Under the pieces are notes generated by a model. It was not told the DNA's origin. It saw only the letters and a program-made list of their open reading frames with translations, and did no database searches. Shown here one piece after another: positions 44,887-56,647 of a stretch of DNA of 64,000 nucleotides. The DNA comes from Escherichia coli (GTDB lineage: Bacteria > Pseudomonadota > Gammaproteobacteria > Enterobacterales > Enterobacteriaceae). The position numbers and the translations under genes were made by a program. Every line of letters begins with the position of its first letter. The stretch's first letter is position 1. The stretch lies in the NCBI RefSeq assembly GCF_002854065.1, contig NZ_CP024151.1; one strand, given 5' to 3'.

Positions 44887-47800
44887 TCAGTCTCCGCCCA
44901 GGGTTTTCTCTTTCTGCAGGGCACGAACCATATCCCGCTCCATCTGCTGCAGTCGCTCCTGCAGCAGATTTTCCCGGGCAACATCCCGGACCGCTTCCCG
45001 CACCCGTTGTGATTCACGCAGCACACTCTCCGGCAGCGCGGCTTCCCGTTCAGATATGGCAGACCGGTCACGCTCCTGCCCGGCAATCTCCCTGACAGCC
45101 TGCTCTGTTTTGCCATCCGGCAGGTCAGGTTTGTTCTCTGCCATTTTACGGACAATTTCATCCGCACGGCGTTCCGTTTCACGGCGGATGGCCTCTTCAG
45201 CTTGCCGCTGTGCCAGTACCTCTGCCGTGACCGGTTCGCCATTTCCGGCTCCCGGCTGAACGCTGTTGTCCGGGATATCCCCCCACACGCGACCACCGGT
45301 GATGGTACCGGGATTCCACGGACGACCTTCACCGGCGATTCTTACCACCACACCGCTGTCAGGATTATCACGGGCAATCCGGACACCATCCTGCATATTA
45401 TCAGCCAGCAGGCTCTCTCCGTTACGGCTGCCCTGCAGGGCCACGAACTGCGCATCCCCGCTGCCTTTCACCCGGCCTTCACCACTGAAGCCCCGCAGCC
45501 CGTTTCCGTCATCCGTGGTCAGCGGATTCAGCCAGATACCGGCGGACTTGCCGTTACGGTCAAAAGCCGGCAGTGCCACATACGGCTGCGGATATTTGCG
45601 CCCGGGTGCAATAAACCGTGCAGGATTGTCTCCCCCGGCAAGTCCCGCCTGACGGAGAACGGCACGGCCGGCCGCCACGTCCCGCAGCTCCCGCGCCGTA
45701 CTGAACAGCCGCTCTGCATTCATGACCTCCCGGTCCGATTTCGGCTCAAGCACATCGTGGGCAGTTCCTTTCTGTACGGCATTGTTAATGGCATCCGTCC
45801 AGCCCTGACGGTTATCGGTATACACCTGCACATGCTGCTTCATACGCGACAGGGCCACGTAGGCTGACTCAAAGCCGGCCATCTGTTTCCGGCTGCCTTC
45901 CGTACCTTCAAGCGCGATGGCAAAGGTTTCACTTGCCCCCTGCGCACCGTGGGCGGTGATGGCATAGGCCAGGTCAATATGTTGCTCTGCCCGCTCCTGA
46001 CCGGGGCGAATCACCCGGGTCTGCTGTCCGTCCGACAGCGTGACACTGTCACCGGAAACCGCTGTCACCGTCCAGACGCTGTTGGCCACATAACCGCGCT
46101 CCCGGTCACTCTTCGTGAAGCGCATCCGGTCACCGGTTCCCACCCGGATGGTGTCCGGGGTGTACAGTGTGACGCCTTCAGCCACCGCCTCCCGGGGCGA
46201 AATCAGCCGCGTGTTACCTTCAGCATCCTGCAGGGTTATCAGCCCGTCATCCCTGCTGATACCGGCAATCCGGTGATACACATTATCCACCAGGGCAAGT
46301 GCGTCCCGATGTGTCTCCCAGGTGGAGAGACGACGCAGCTCCCCGTCGCGTATATTCGCTGTGTTCAGGACAGGCACCATGACCTGCTCTTTTCCCAGCT
46401 CACCGGCCTTTTCCCGTGCATCATGAATCATGCTGTTCAGCACGCGCCGGTCCTCATTCAGGTGCGTGACAATCAGCGTCTGCTCCCGTGCTTCCGGTGT
46501 TCTGCCGGTATAGTCGCGGACAATGGCTTCATACAGTGTCATGGGGACATCCGGGAAAGCCTCGCCTTTCAGCATCGCCTTCTGCTGCGCTTCTGCCAGT
46601 TTCGCTTCCTGGCTGTGACTGAACTCCATCACGGAGTGCTCCGGTGCCCATGCGCCCTCCAGACGTGGCACCTGAGACGGTTTCACACTCTCAAGCCCGG
46701 ATAGTGCCCTTTCCACATCCCGGTTAATCAGGTTGTATACCGCCTCCCGCAGTTCCGGCGTCTGACGCACAATCTCCTTCATGATGGCCACATCGGCAGC
46801 ACTGCGCGTCTGCTGGAGACGGAAAGGCTGACCGGGCGCGATGGCCTGCAGCTGGTCCGTGTCACCACTGGCCACGGCACGACCGCCACCGGCCGCAATC
46901 AGGGCGTATGCCCGTGCCATGTCGGTATTGCCCACCATTGAGCTCTCATCGAGCAGGAACAGCGTGTTGCTGAAATCCGGCGTTTCTCCGCTGCGCTGCT
47001 GCAGCTGCGTGTCATGCAGAAAAGACGCCAATGTCTGCGCATCCACGCCGGCGCTGCGCATCTCCCCGACCGCACGGTGTGTGGGACCCAGCCCAACGAC
47101 ACGGGGACGCTCACTCTCCGGCAGCATGTTCACGGCTGACATCACCGCCCGGAACTGTGTGGTCTTACCCACACCGGCATAGCCCTGCACCACCGTGAAG
47201 CGGTCGGACGTTTCCAGTATCATGCGGGTGGCGGCGCGCTGTCCTGATGTCAGTTTCTCCATGAGTTCGCCAGGTACTCTCTCCATCAGCGGCGTGACCG
47301 CCTCCTTACCTTCGAGAATATGGCGAAGAATGCTCTTTTCTGCCTCATACGACGCACGGGAAACCAGCAGGCCTGTGCCATAGTCTTTTGCCACATCCAC
47401 ATACAGTAAATCACCCCGTTTTATCTGCGCATCGATTTCCCCTCCCAGTTCAGTAAAACTGGTTCCTTCTGCAGCAAACGACTTCGCCTCTGTCAGCAGG
47501 TCCACCATGCTGAAGGCCAGGTTTTTACTTTCCAGCACAGGAAGGGCCAGATGAATGGCCTGCTGTGCCGGCGTGTGAAGCCCGGCTTTCTGCAGACTGA
47601 TAGCGGTTTCCAGCAATGTCTCACCGGCACGCGCCTTTATCTGCTCAGAAACCACCGTAAAGGAGGGATGGCGGGCAAGTTTTTCCGCAGTACGGGTTTC
47701 ATCCAGTGAGGAATACAGCCGGACATCACGACCGCTGCGGGCCAGACCGTTCAGGGTGGCGTTGTCCATTGCCATCTGTGTGACGGAGGCAAAAACCTTC

Positions 47801-50157
47801 GCACTGTCGCTGACGGAATGCCCGGGCGTTTCCACCCAGCCGCTCTCCAGCTTCAGTGCCGTGAACGGTGAATCAGCCACAGGCAGGGAGGCCGGTTCAG
47901 CCCGTCCCGGCACAACAACCGTCATCGCGTCCTCGCTGACGGATGCCACCTGCAGGAGGTCACCGCCGGAGACGCGGAGTCCGGGAATTTTCCCGGTCAC
48001 CCTCAGACGCTCGCCGTCTGCCACCGGCATTTTTTCCGGCCGGAACAGCGACCAGCTGCTGTCCAGGGAGGAAATACGCACCACCTGCGTTTCACCCTGC
48101 GCATCCCGCAGGGTCAGGCTGTGACTCTGCGCCGTCACCCGGTCGATAACATAGCGGTCATGACTGCGTGTCTCCGGGTTCCACTGCTCCATCACCATCC
48201 CCGGACGGTACATATCCCGCAGATAACGGCTCCGGCTGTCCAGCCAGACCGGTGACAGTGCCGTCATGGTTACCTCCGGGTGTCCGAGCACGCCCTGTGT
48301 TTTCAGCTCACTGCGAATGGCCTGTGTCAGTATGGCCTGTTCCCGTACCCCGCTGACCTGTGCCACGCTCTCTTCTCCGGCTTTCACGCTGGCCGCAAAA
48401 TCTCCTGCCAGCCGGGCATAGCGGACATTACGGTCCGGTTCACTGATGATGGTGGCCGGCCGCTGTTCTCCCCCCTGCCAGCGATATGTGTTCACCCCGG
48501 CATCTTTCATGGCCATCAGTGCACTGCCTGTACCGGTTCGCTGCCCGCTGTCGGTTATCAGGACCTGTACGTTATGACGTGCAGCACCGTCCAGCAGGGT
48601 TAACGTCTCTTTCAGGGAGAGTTTTTCGCCCTGGTCAACGATAACAGTATTGCCCGGCGTGAAGGCCATGCCCTCCTGCAGCTGACGACGTCCGGTTATC
48701 AGCTCACCGGACAGCCGTTCATCCTGCTTCAGGTTCATCTGCGAGCGACGGTCAGCGGCGATAATCTGCACCTCCCGCCCCTGCTCCCGGGCCATCATGA
48801 CCAGCTCCGCCACCCGCTCACGCTGCCCGGCTGCACCGCCCTGCCCGGACACAATAGCCAGCGACGGGCGATCCTGTGCCAGAACACTGACCGCATCGCT
48901 GTAACCGGCCGTCCGGGGGACACTTTTCTCCGGATGTACGGTCACCCGGTTCTGTTTCATGATGTCACGACTGAGTGCCCGGACTGACAGCTCATCGAGC
49001 ACATGAATCCCGGACGTGAACAGCCCCTTCTCACGATCGAGGGGGATAAGCTGCTCACGGCTGATGGCCTCATCGATACCGGCGCGTGCCCGTTCAATCA
49101 CACCATTTTCCGGCGGCAGTATGCCGACCGTTCTGGCCAGCACGTCCGTGTACGTAAACTGCACTTTGCGTTCACTTAATCCGGCAATCGCCTGTGTCAC
49201 CGCCTGCTGCACATCCGGCCCGTCCGGTGAAGCAGGCCCGGGCGCCTGCGTGCGGGTCTCCGCCCGTTGATCCGCCGCGTCACGATACGCCCGGATGTCG
49301 AACCCGGTTTCCCTCAGCGTCTGCATCCATTCAGCCATTCTGACTTCAGGATCGACGTGCTGTTTGGATTTTCGCGTATCCAGTGCCGCCACATCCCGGG
49401 ATTTCAGCGAGGCATCTTCCCCGACGGCCTCCCGGATAGTCTGTGAGCGTCCGGAAAAGGCCTCCACCGGTACGCCCGGCATCTCCCACATACCGTGCTT
49501 ACCCACCACTTCGGTTTCATAGCCCAGCGCCTCAACCTGCTCTTTCAGTTTTTCCCGGTAGAGCCTGCCAAAGGCAATCTGATTAGCGTACACATTCTCA
49601 ATGAACCCCGTTTTCCCCACTTTGTCACTGCTCAGTGTCTTCCACTCACCGTTATGCTGCGTAACATTAGCCACCACCGCATGCGTGTGTAACTGTGGTT
49701 CCTGATCGCGACTGGTGTCGTGGTTAAACAGTGCCATCACCAGATTACCGGTCAGTACCGTTTCTGACTGTCCGTCCGTCATCACCCGTGTGGAGGCCAG
49801 CGCCTCCACCTGACGAACAGCAAAGTCCACGGCCTGGTTATGTGCATCAATCAGGCGCTTATCGCCACCTAACATGGCCATCATGGAGACACTTTTGGGG
49901 GCGGAGAAGGTCAGGTCGTAGCCGGGACGATGCTTATTACTGCCATCCTGCATGCGGCTTAGATCCGCTCCGTCCGGCAGCCTTCCCTCCAGAAGACGGG
50001 TAAAAACATCCTTATCGACACTGCCCTGCAGTCCCAGCTGTTCAGCCCCCCTGCCGGCCCAGCGTTCTCCCATGCTGCCCAGTACATAGTAATTATCCTT
50101 GTCGGTATAATAGTTACCGGCACTTCCGGCCGATCTGACCTGCGCGATACTCATCAT
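44887..50157 (-). CDS. traI: TraI relaxase / DNA helicase I
   Basis: 1756-aa [48 protein letters not shown]... with N-terminal relaxase, central helicase domains and C-terminal region. Confidence 0.95.
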   Translation of the reverse strand: MMSIAQVRSAGSAGNYYTDKDNYYVLGSMGERWAGRGAEQLGLQGSVDKDVFTRLLEGRLPDGADLSRMQDGSNKHRPGYDLTFSAPKSVSMMAMLGGDKRLIDAHNQAVDFAVRQVEALASTRVMTDGQSETVLTGNLVMALFNHDTSRDQEPQLHTHAVVANVTQHNGEWKTLSSDKVGKTGFIENVYANQIAFGRLYREKLKEQVEALGYETEVVGKHGMWEMPGVPVEAFSGRSQTIREAVGEDASLKSRDVAALDTRKSKQHVDPEVRMAEWMQTLRETGFDIRAYRDAADQRAETRTQAPGPASPDGPDVQQAVTQAIAGLSERKVQFTYTDVLARTVGILPPENGVIERARAGIDEAISREQLIPLDREKGLFTSGIHVLDELSVRALSRDIMKQNRVTVHPEKSVPRTAGYSDAVSVLAQDRPSLAIVSGQGGAAGQRERVAELVMMAREQGREVQIIAADRRSQMNLKQDERLSGELITGRRQLQEGMAFTPGNTVIVDQGEKLSLKETLTLLDGAARHNVQVLITDSGQRTGTGSALMAMKDAGVNTYRWQGGEQRPATIISEPDRNVRYARLAGDFAASVKAGEESVAQVSGVREQAILTQAIRSELKTQGVLGHPEVTMTALSPVWLDSRSRYLRDMYRPGMVMEQWNPETRSHDRYVIDRVTAQSHSLTLRDAQGETQVVRISSLDSSWSLFRPEKMPVADGERLRVTGKIPGLRVSGGDLLQVASVSEDAMTVVVPGRAEPASLPVADSPFTALKLESGWVETPGHSVSDSAKVFASVTQMAMDNATLNGLARSGRDVRLYSSLDETRTAEKLARHPSFTVVSEQIKARAGETLLETAISLQKAGLHTPAQQAIHLALPVLESKNLAFSMVDLLTEAKSFAAEGTSFTELGGEIDAQIKRGDLLYVDVAKDYGTGLLVSRASYEAEKSILRHILEGKEAVTPLMERVPGELMEKLTSGQRAATRMILETSDRFTVVQGYAGVGKTTQFRAVMSAVNMLPESERPRVVGLGPTHRAVGEMRSAGVDAQTLASFLHDTQLQQRSGETPDFSNTLFLLDESSMVGNTDMARAYALIAAGGGRAVASGDTDQLQAIAPGQPFRLQQTRSAADVAIMKEIVRQTPELREAVYNLINRDVERALSGLESVKPSQVPRLEGAWAPEHSVMEFSHSQEAKLAEAQQKAMLKGEAFPDVPMTLYEAIVRDYTGRTPEAREQTLIVTHLNEDRRVLNSMIHDAREKAGELGKEQVMVPVLNTANIRDGELRRLSTWETHRDALALVDNVYHRIAGISRDDGLITLQDAEGNTRLISPREAVAEGVTLYTPDTIRVGTGDRMRFTKSDRERGYVANSVWTVTAVSGDSVTLSDGQQTRVIRPGQERAEQHIDLAYAITAHGAQGASETFAIALEGTEGSRKQMAGFESAYVALSRMKQHVQVYTDNRQGWTDAINNAVQKGTAHDVLEPKSDREVMNAERLFSTARELRDVAAGRAVLRQAGLAGGDNPARFIAPGRKYPQPYVALPAFDRNGKSAGIWLNPLTTDDGNGLRGFSGEGRVKGSGDAQFVALQGSRNGESLLADNMQDGVRIARDNPDSGVVVRIAGEGRPWNPGTITGGRVWGDIPDNSVQPGAGNGEPVTAEVLAQRQAEEAIRRETERRADEIVRKMAENKPDLPDGKTEQAVREIAGQERDRSAISEREAALPESVLRESQRVREAVRDVARENLLQERLQQMERDMVRALQKEKTLGGD

Positions 50158-52319
50158 CAGAAATCATCTCCCGGCTCAACATCCTCCCCACGCTCCCGGT
50201 GCACATTAATGTTCACCTCTTCACGACGCTGCATCTGCTGCTGGATGTCCGGATGATTTTCCTGTTGCCATGCCTCATAAGCGGCCATATCCACCACTTC
50301 ACCGGATTCACTGATCCCGGGTGGCAGTTGCTGTTCCATCTCTTCTTCCGGTTTCATTTTCAGCTCCTGCTCGATCCCCCCTGCCGGAACATTCACACCT
50401 GAATCTGACTTCTTATCGTTTATGGCAGGAGACACCGGCTGTTGCGGCTGTTGCGGCTGTTCAGCCTGAGTCACGTCTTCTCCGGAAACAACTTCCGGCA
50501 CATCCGGTTCGAAGAGGCTGGCCATCTGACGACCTTCTGCTTCCCTTGCGGCAAGTACGGCACTCAGACGGTTCTCCATTTCCGGGTTGATGTCACGCGG
50601 AATAAACTCAGGGGCAACCTTCGGACGTGCCTGATATTTCAGTGAGAGTTTTACTGCCGGATACGGTCCGGGCAGGGTGACATAACAAGTCAGATCCGGC
50701 AGAGACTGAATGTCGGAATAACTGACCAGCGTCTGGCGCTCCATATCCTTACCGGTCGATACCCCGTCACGTACCGGATCAGCACCGTAGGAATACTGCT
50801 CGCTGGCTTTCAGGTGCTCTTTCTCACCAATCTCACCGGCAGCGAACTCTGCAATCTTATGGCTGGGAGAACGGAAAAAGGCACGAGTGTTCATGACGTC
50901 AAACAGCGTGGCAGCCGCTTTCTCACCGTAGATATCTTCCAGCTGGGCATAGGACTGGATACCAAACACATAACAGCCACCGAACTTACGGGCTTCCGGC
51001 AGGATCTCCACCAGGTCCGGCAGTTTGTGTAACGTGGGTAGCTCATCACAGAAAAACCACACACGACGGTTACGGTTTTCTCCCATTGCCAGCAGACCAC
51101 GAATGGCAATGGACAGCCACATGGAGATCACCGGCTTCAGGGAGGCATGGGTGTCGGCATTCGACGAGATAAACAGCCAGCCGTTTTTCTGATCTTCCCG
51201 GACACCCCGCATCCAGTCACGGATGGTAAAAGACTCACCGTTATGCTCAATCCCCTGCAGGTAACGGATGGCTTTCACGTAGTTGGTCAGCACAGCACGG
51301 ATGGAAATCGCCGTTTTCTCAATTTTCTCTTCCACCAGGTTGGCCGCCGGTGAATTACGCAGGAAGGTACGCAGTTTTTCGATTTTGATGGAAAGCAGTG
51401 TGTCCACCAGTTTGCTGTAGCTGCGGTTGGGGTCATTACGCATCAGGTACGCCGCTTCCGCAAAAATGGTACGTCCTGAACCCTGCCAGAACGGGTCCTC
51501 TTTTGTGCCCATCGGGATCAGAGTATTTGCGGTATTATCAAAATCCGGCTGTGTCAGGCACTCCTTCCACAAATCCCAGGCGGCACAACGGGCATCCAGC
51601 GGATTCAGGATTTTATCGATGGAGGGATCATAGTAACTTTTAACAAATTCCCCTGAACGGTCATAAATCACCACCATATCTCCACGCTGACGGGCGTAGT
51701 TGGCCAGACGACGGATAACTTCCGACTTACCGGCCCCGACCGTGCCGTGCAGACAGAAGTTCTGGATTTCGGAATCCCGGATAATCGGCAGGTCGCCAAT
51801 CCGTATATCGGAGTCCTTGCCGTCTTTTTTCAGCATCCGGGCAACGTCTTTCGGGTTCTCCGTCAGCTGACGACCACCTGTGACTTCATTTTCGCTCTGT
51901 TGTTTACCCTGACGCCCCAGAATCCAGGAGACAACAAAGAAGGTAATCAGGCAAATAACCAGTGCCACAACTGTAGCCAGAACGAATGCGGACCATAGCT
52001 GCTCTCCGCACCAGATCATATATTTATCATGCAGTACCTGAGCAGCGTTCATCCGGAAGGTTTTGCCGTAATACTGGATCTCATAGACCGGCTGGGACTT
52101 GATTAAATCCCGCATGCCTTCCAGCGTGGTACACCACCAGTAAATACAGCCGTTCACAAACGTCTGCCAGCTTATTTTTACCCATAAAACCAGACCAACG
52201 AGTATCCAGAAAAAAATAAACAGGCAGTAAAGCATGATATTGGCGATCTGGCTGAACATGCGGATACGCATGGACGCAATCTGACCGCCCTGGGTCATAT
52301 CCTTTGCGTTAAAACTCAT
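50157..52319 (-). CDS. traD: TraD type IV coupling protein
   Basis: 720 aa; N-terminal transmembrane segments, Walker [10 protein letters not shown]-terminal QPQQPQQP repeat and acidic tail. Confidence 0.95.
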   Translation of the reverse strand: MSFNAKDMTQGGQIASMRIRMFSQIANIMLYCLFIFFWILVGLVLWVKISWQTFVNGCIYWWCTTLEGMRDLIKSQPVYEIQYYGKTFRMNAAQVLHDKYMIWCGEQLWSAFVLATVVALVICLITFFVVSWILGRQGKQQSENEVTGGRQLTENPKDVARMLKKDGKDSDIRIGDLPIIRDSEIQNFCLHGTVGAGKSEVIRRLANYARQRGDMVVIYDRSGEFVKSYYDPSIDKILNPLDARCAAWDLWKECLTQPDFDNTANTLIPMGTKEDPFWQGSGRTIFAEAAYLMRNDPNRSYSKLVDTLLSIKIEKLRTFLRNSPAANLVEEKIEKTAISIRAVLTNYVKAIRYLQGIEHNGESFTIRDWMRGVREDQKNGWLFISSNADTHASLKPVISMWLSIAIRGLLAMGENRNRRVWFFCDELPTLHKLPDLVEILPEARKFGGCYVFGIQSYAQLEDIYGEKAAATLFDVMNTRAFFRSPSHKIAEFAAGEIGEKEHLKASEQYSYGADPVRDGVSTGKDMERQTLVSYSDIQSLPDLTCYVTLPGPYPAVKLSLKYQARPKVAPEFIPRDINPEMENRLSAVLAAREAEGRQMASLFEPDVPEVVSGEDVTQAEQPQQPQQPVSPAINDKKSDSGVNVPAGGIEQELKMKPEEEMEQQLPPGISESGEVVDMAAYEAWQQENHPDIQQQMQRREEVNINVHRERGEDVEPGDDF

Positions 52320-52570
52320 GATGATATTCCGAAGAAAAAAGTCAGTCGGACTGATTATTAATGATGAAAAGATTAATAACCGTTAAATTCCGGCTTCGCC
52401 GGCAACACTTCACGGTCGCACAAAGAATTTGCACAACCGCTCAGTGTTTTCATATTTATTTCGGAAACGCCGGGGAGAAATAAAATTTATTTTATTTCTT
52501 TCCGGGGTTGGACAACGAGCAAAGCGAGGCGTCAGTCAGGAGGCCGGTCAGACCAGCCTCCGGAAGATAA

Positions 52571-53302
52571 TCAGAGAATATTTGCGATTGATTTGGCCAG
52601 CTGGTCTTCGAGAACAGGCTTCGCCTCTTCAAATTTCAGGTTAACCTTGTTCGCATTTGAGACCACACGGGTCTGGTATTTATGCTGGTTACCTGTTTCA
52701 GTACTGGTCTGAATTTTCGCACCTGATGTGCCCTGACGCAGGGCGGCAACATTATCCGTTGTCACCGTTGCCTTAGTACGCTCTGCAATCTGCACATCCG
52801 TGATCATGGTATAGTTCACATCTTCCACCATCGCATCTGCAGCCATACCCACCAGACCGGCAGCAAGGCCCACACCGAGTGTGGCACCGGCAGAACTGGA
52901 ATTATATCCGGTGATACCGGCACCTAACGCTGCACCAACTGCTGCGCCCTCATAACCACGGTTCAGCCATCCCTGAGACTCCCGCAGATCCATCTTATCG
53001 GCCTTCAGCACATTCGCCTGAATCCAGTAGTAGGCTTTATCCGGAGAAGTCACCACCTGATATCCTTTTGCTTTCACAGCATCAGCAATTTTGCCCTGCA
53101 GCCCACTCATGTCTTTATCAGACGTGTTTTTGATCTGCAGAAATACCGTGCGTTCGCTGGCGGGTTCAAGCCAGATGGTCTCACTCATCTGAGTCTTCAC
53201 CTCAAGGTTACGCTTCTTGATTGCTGTGCTCATCGCACCACACCCTGAAAGGGCCAGAGTGGAACTGACCAGTGCAACCATCATCAATTTTTTTGTTTTC
53301 AT
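52571..53302 (-). CDS. traT: TraT surface-exclusion / serum-resistance lipoprotein
   Basis: 243 aa with lipobox LSGC: [47 protein letters not shown]... Confidence 0.95.
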   Translation of the reverse strand: MKTKKLMMVALVSSTLALSGCGAMSTAIKKRNLEVKTQMSETIWLEPASERTVFLQIKNTSDKDMSGLQGKIADAVKAKGYQVVTSPDKAYYWIQANVLKADKMDLRESQGWLNRGYEGAAVGAALGAGITGYNSSSAGATLGVGLAAGLVGMAADAMVEDVNYTMITDVQIAERTKATVTTDNVAALRQGTSGAKIQTSTETGNQHKYQTRVVSNANKVNLKFEEAKPVLEDQLAKSIANIL

Positions 53303-53315
53303 CCAAAATATCCTT

Positions 53316-53825
53316 TTAACTAACAGACTCTTTTTTGAACAGTCCTATTACTGAGGCTATAGCTGAGAGATTATAACGATTTATATCTATGGTATACACC
53401 AAGAAAAATAATATGAATGTAATCATTAGTGCAAAAACATATAAGATAGAATGCATAAACGAAACCATAGAAAAAACAATCAAAAACAACAAAATATATG
53501 TCTTACTCTTAGAATACATAAAATTTATTATTTTTGAATCCTTTCTGAAACTATCAGGAATCGCAAGGTATAACATCATTCCATTTGTAATAGCCACAAA
53601 AAGCAGGAACCCCATCATTCCACTAGCACATATATCAAAGCCAACATCCCTGACATCACTTTTAACCGATACTAAACGCAGAAAAGTTGGCCATAATAAA
53701 ACCCATAAAAACACATAAGTTCCCGGCTTTATGACTTGTAATAATGATGGGATATTAACACCCTCTACAGAGAGTACCTCCTTTAGTTTTTGCATCTCCA
53801 TTCTTATATCATAGTGAGTGATCAT
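53316..53825 (-). CDS. traS: TraS entry-exclusion inner-membrane protein
   Basis: 169-aa hydrophobic, AT-rich ORF in the traS position between traG and traT. Confidence 0.6.
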   Translation of the reverse strand: MITHYDIRMEMQKLKEVLSVEGVNIPSLLQVIKPGTYVFLWVLLWPTFLRLVSVKSDVRDVGFDICASGMMGFLLFVAITNGMMLYLAIPDSFRKDSKIINFMYSKSKTYILLFLIVFSMVSFMHSILYVFALMITFILFFLVYTIDINRYNLSAIASVIGLFKKESVS

Positions 53826-56647
53826 AATGGCCCCTTCAATCGTTCTTTCTTATCATCCACCATCTGTTTTAACGCATCTTCAGACGGTGTTGGCATTAAT
53901 TTCTGTCGTTTATTTTCTTCATTATATCTGTTGTTTTGTTGAATTTCTTCCTGTTTGTGATTATTTTTTAACTCTGAATATTGTCTGTCTACAATATTTT
54001 CTTCGCCATGAATACTATTCTGAGTATCTCCGATATTCCCTTTATATTCTGTGACCATATTATCAACCTGATGTTTTACATCATTACGGATATTACTGTC
54101 CTGCGTTCTTTGATCAATAATGGCCTGATGCCCCTGATGGTCAGCAATAATATCCTGGCTGCCACCACCCGAAGGTACGCTCTCCATTCCTTTACCAATA
54201 TCCCCACGGGATTCACGCCAGGCATTATCAACACCAGGCTGCACCTGTTCCTGAACAAAAGACCATGCCATCGCCCGACGGCGTTCTGCAATCTCCGGTG
54301 AACTGGTGTTTGTCAGAATAGCTTCGGCATCCTGCGGTGCGTGTTTCATCACATACTGTGCAAACTGTTGCGACAAATCTTCGCTCATCTGCCCACTCAT
54401 GCTTTCAGTACGGGATGCCATTTCAGCATATTCATGGCTGCGGGTCATATTCGTCGTGTACTGGTCGTAACTCTGTTTCGCTGAGTTCAGGGCTGCAGAC
54501 AACTGGTCCACGCGGGAATCGGCATTATTGTCAGTATGGCTGCCGGATTCACTGACTTTGCGACTGGTAAAGTAATCGCTGGCCTCTTTAAAGTCCTTAC
54601 TGGCTTTAGCATCGATATCATGGCGAGCATCATGGGTAGCCCTGCTGCCACTACTTGCTGAATGTGAGTCATCATCCGTTGCATCCAGGCTCCCCTTAAA
54701 TCCACCTCTGATGCCTACCCCACCACCAACACCAAGAATTTTAGGTTTAACCCCCCATTCAGCATGAGCATCAGCATACATTCCACCAGATAGCCTGGTA
54801 CTTGTTGATGCCAGTTCCTGAGTCGCCTGCTCATTACTGATATTATGCGCCTTCGCATAGCTTTCCACTGCACTGCGCATACGGCTGGCCATCATGGAGT
54901 CCTGAGCACTCATCGTGCTGTCAGCACCACCGGTGACAGAATCACTGCTCCCCCGGTTAGAACCAAACTGACTGAGCGTGTTCCAGGCACTGGCAATACT
55001 GCTGCTGAACCCATGCAGGGCACTTTCTGCTCTGTTCGATGCTTCCCGGGCCATTTCCTGTTGTGCCGCCGCAATCTGACGCGTTGCATTGATGCCGACC
55101 GGTAACCGGGACATCGCTCCGCTTGCATCCATCACCATATTACCGTCACGGGTCTGTGTGGCGGTTGCGCCACTGCCGGTCTGGTACATCATCTGACCAA
55201 ACGACGTGGTGCTGTTGGTGCTCCAGCTGAAGCCGTTAACATTCTCCGTCTGCATGTTGCCGTAGGAGTAATTACCGTCAACCACACTGCCTGCTGCACT
55301 GGCGGTCGGGCTGATAGCAGAGGAAGCGAAATGGCTGTACACACTGGAAAATCCTGCCCCGAGCCCCCTGACCATCATCCAGGATAATGGCGGGATCATC
55401 ATGGAAAGATACCCGGCAGTGGAAGCCAGATCGGAGTATTTCAGCTGTATCTGTGAAATTTCCGAGAGCACCACCGGTGCACCATTCTGCTTTGCATAAA
55501 ATGTCATGGCGCTGTTCAGAATGGCGTACAACATTGGCCATGACTGCAACCACATCAGGGCAAACACATAGCCTTTCAGGACGGACAGCGTCAGTTTGTT
55601 GAAGACAGCCGCCAGTACCAGGAGCGGGAAAATACCGATGGCGATCCCCGTCAGGATGGTCTGCGTCATGGGCAGTGTCCGCATCGCCACATGACCGATG
55701 GAGACATGTGCCAGACGTTGCTTCTCCATCGATGATGTGGTGGCCAGATTCACCAGGCTGGCCGAATCACCATTACGTGCGGCATAACTGGTGATCCCCT
55801 CCTTCAGCGCATTGATGGTGACATTCTGGCGGATGATCTGGCTGGCTGATTTACTTGAGCCATAGAAGTAACTGTAACTGTCGCCAATCAGCGTACTGAA
55901 CAACAGGTTCGGATCAGGGCGTCCACCAAATAGCTGCTGGGCATAATAATGCCATGTTTTTCCGCCACTCTGTGTGTCCAGATTCAGCTTGTCTTTCAGC
56001 GAAACCGACGCGTCCTTACAGGTCACGAAATTATTATTGCTGTCATAAACGCCCCGCAGCGGACTGGGGCGGGAAAAAATCAGCGTGTAAGGATCAGCGG
56101 AGGCCATCAGTTCCTCCAGCGTGTATTTGTGGTTCAGGTAAATATCCCCCATCACGCAGTTCTGCACATAATCCTGGAAAAGATTGGCGATTTCCGGATT
56201 ACGGGACAAAAAGTCGGTGCTTTTTGATACCAGTTCTGCGCCAAACAGCATCCCCGTTTTGCTGTAGGTGACACTGTCCGGTTGCGTGAAGATCATCTCG
56301 TAACTGGCCACCATTGCATGCCCGATACGGGTCGTCAGTGAAAGTGGCATCGCCAGTCCGACCGGCACATTATCCACCCGGTGAACTTTGACCAGGTCAC
56401 TGTTATCAATAATCTGCACCGATGTGCGGACATTAACCAGCAGGCTGATAAGCACAAACACGGCCACCCAGCCCAGCAAATCCATCACGTTGTGCCGCTG
56501 TACCCACATTACGGCCACCGCGAGAACAGACAATGTGAGCGCAATTTTTTCAATGGAATCCCACGTCCGGGTCCCCATAAAGGCGGCAATGGCATTCAGG
56601 TTATTCCGCAACCACTCACCACCGGCAATCACATAAACTTCATTCAC
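53822..56647 (-). CDS. traG: TraG mating-pair stabilisation / pilus assembly protein
   Basis: 941-aa ORF with N-terminal membrane domain; position between traH and traS. Confidence 0.9.
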   Translation of the reverse strand: MNEVYVIAGGEWLRNNLNAIAAFMGTRTWDSIEKIALTLSVLAVAVMWVQRHNVMDLLGWVAVFVLISLLVNVRTSVQIIDNSDLVKVHRVDNVPVGLAMPLSLTTRIGHAMVASYEMIFTQPDSVTYSKTGMLFGAELVSKSTDFLSRNPEIANLFQDYVQNCVMGDIYLNHKYTLEELMASADPYTLIFSRPSPLRGVYDSNNNFVTCKDASVSLKDKLNLDTQSGGKTWHYYAQQLFGGRPDPNLLFSTLIGDSYSYFYGSSKSASQIIRQNVTINALKEGITSYAARNGDSASLVNLATTSSMEKQRLAHVSIGHVAMRTLPMTQTILTGIAIGIFPLLVLAAVFNKLTLSVLKGYVFALMWLQSWPMLYAILNSAMTFYAKQNGAPVVLSEISQIQLKYSDLASTAGYLSMMIPPLSWMMVRGLGAGFSSVYSHFASSAISPTASAAGSVVDGNYSYGNMQTENVNGFSWSTNSTTSFGQMMYQTGSGATATQTRDGNMVMDASGAMSRLPVGINATRQIAAAQQEMAREASNRAESALHGFSSSIASAWNTLSQFGSNRGSSDSVTGGADSTMSAQDSMMASRMRSAVESYAKAHNISNEQATQELASTSTRLSGGMYADAHAEWGVKPKILGVGGGVGIRGGFKGSLDATDDDSHSASSGSRATHDARHDIDAKASKDFKEASDYFTSRKVSESGSHTDNNADSRVDQLSAALNSAKQSYDQYTTNMTRSHEYAEMASRTESMSGQMSEDLSQQFAQYVMKHAPQDAEAILTNTSSPEIAERRRAMAWSFVQEQVQPGVDNAWRESRGDIGKGMESVPSGGGSQDIIADHQGHQAIIDQRTQDSNIRNDVKHQVDNMVTEYKGNIGDTQNSIHGEENIVDRQYSELKNNHKQEEIQQNNRYNEENKRQKLMPTPSEDALKQMVDDKKERLKGPL

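Noticed and set aside
45202-50003. Numerous plus-strand ORFs inside traI (for example 45202-45867, 45949-46704, 47756-48124)
   Set aside because: All lie antisense within the 5.3-kb traI gene, which is unambiguous; typical GC-rich shadow ORFs.
50400-50470. QPQQP-encoding repeat (GCTGTTGCGGCTGTTGCGGCTG) near the 3' end of traD as a possible novel repeat
   Set aside because: This is the known variable C-terminal repeat of F-like TraD proteins, not a separate element.
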